From assembly GCA_963827655.1 (NCBI GenBank), contig CAWHCF010000023.1:32001-96000 (forward strand): a stretch of DNA of 64,000 bases, in the 5' to 3' direction. The DNA comes from an uncultured Acidobacteriota bacterium. Its GTDB lineage: Bacteria > Acidobacteriota > UBA6911. The translations under genes and the position numbers were made by a program. The notes beneath the pieces were generated by a model that saw only the letters and a program-made list of their open reading frames with translations, made no database searches and had not been told where the DNA came from. Within the stretch, counting starts at the first letter, position 1. The number at the start of each line of letters is the position of its first letter. Shown here in pieces: positions 63,482-64,000 of the stretch.

Positions 63482-63719
63482 TTGAGTCCGTCATCTCCCC
63501 GGCTCGCCTGGTTGGCAGCCTAACCGCGAAAACACGAAGAAAGCACTAAGAGCACTTCGGTTGCGGCCGCAGACTACGTTGTGAAACAAGGTACAAAGTC
63601 AACCTGAAGGGCGGCGTTATTACCTGCCATACCAAATCAGGTTTTGGCTAAGTACAACCATGTCTGCTAAGATAGGTGGCCTGTTCGCGCGCCGGGAGCC
63701 GGTAGACGAAAGGTAGCTT

Positions 63720-64000
63720 ATGGAAAAAATGGCAGTAACCGGCGGTGCCGGCTTTATCGGGTCCAACCTGGCCGAAGAGCTTGTCTCCCGCGGATGCCAG
63801 GTCGTCCTGGTAGACAATTTCTCCACGGGAAGAGAAGAAAACCTCTCCGGATGGGTCGCAAAGGCGGGAGATCGAATTCAAGTCCTGCGATCCGATATCA
63901 ATGATACCGACAAGTTGCGCGAAGCCTTCCGCGGCGTGCGGTACGTTTTCCATCAGGCCGCAATCCCTTCGGTCCCTCGTTCCATTTCCGACCCCCAGGC
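63720..64000 (+). CDS. NAD-dependent epimerase/dehydratase (SDR), runs off the window
   Basis: MEKMAVTGGAGFIGSNL..VDNFSTG..VFHQAAIPSVPRS. Confidence 0.9.
   Translation, partial: MEKMAVTGGAGFIGSNLAEELVSRGCQVVLVDNFSTGREENLSGWVAKAGDRIQVLRSDINDTDKLREAFRGVRYVFHQAAIPSVPRSISDPQ

Overview
64-kb GC-rich bacterial chromosomal segment, most likely Acidobacteriota (ADOP-type ABC permease, carboxypeptidase-domain TonB-dependent receptors, ECF sigma/Ser-Thr kinase pair, DUF1501/DUF1549-DUF1553 module). About 45 genes: mostly exported hydrolases, three TonB-dependent receptors, envelope-modification enzymes, an ATP-dependent DNA ligase, an isocitrate dehydrogenase-like enzyme and five type II toxin-antitoxin-like pairs. 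No rRNA, tRNA, CRISPR array, integrase or intact transposase was seen. Many genes are split by 1-nt indels, which looks like long-read assembly error, so split genes are reported as single loci. Best candidates for something new: (1) an unannotated, apparently independently transcribed structured RNA/14-codon sORF at about 32435-32761 carrying a 17-nt near-perfect complement of the 16S rRNA 3' end; (2) a stand-alone NLR-like protein with an NDT-like effector, NACHT and HEAT repeats (41839-45543); (3) a DNA-glycosylase-like/HEPN fusion (14744-15697); (4) a set of apparently leaderless genes; (5) several families of short intergenic repeats. All family assignments come from motif recognition, not database searches.
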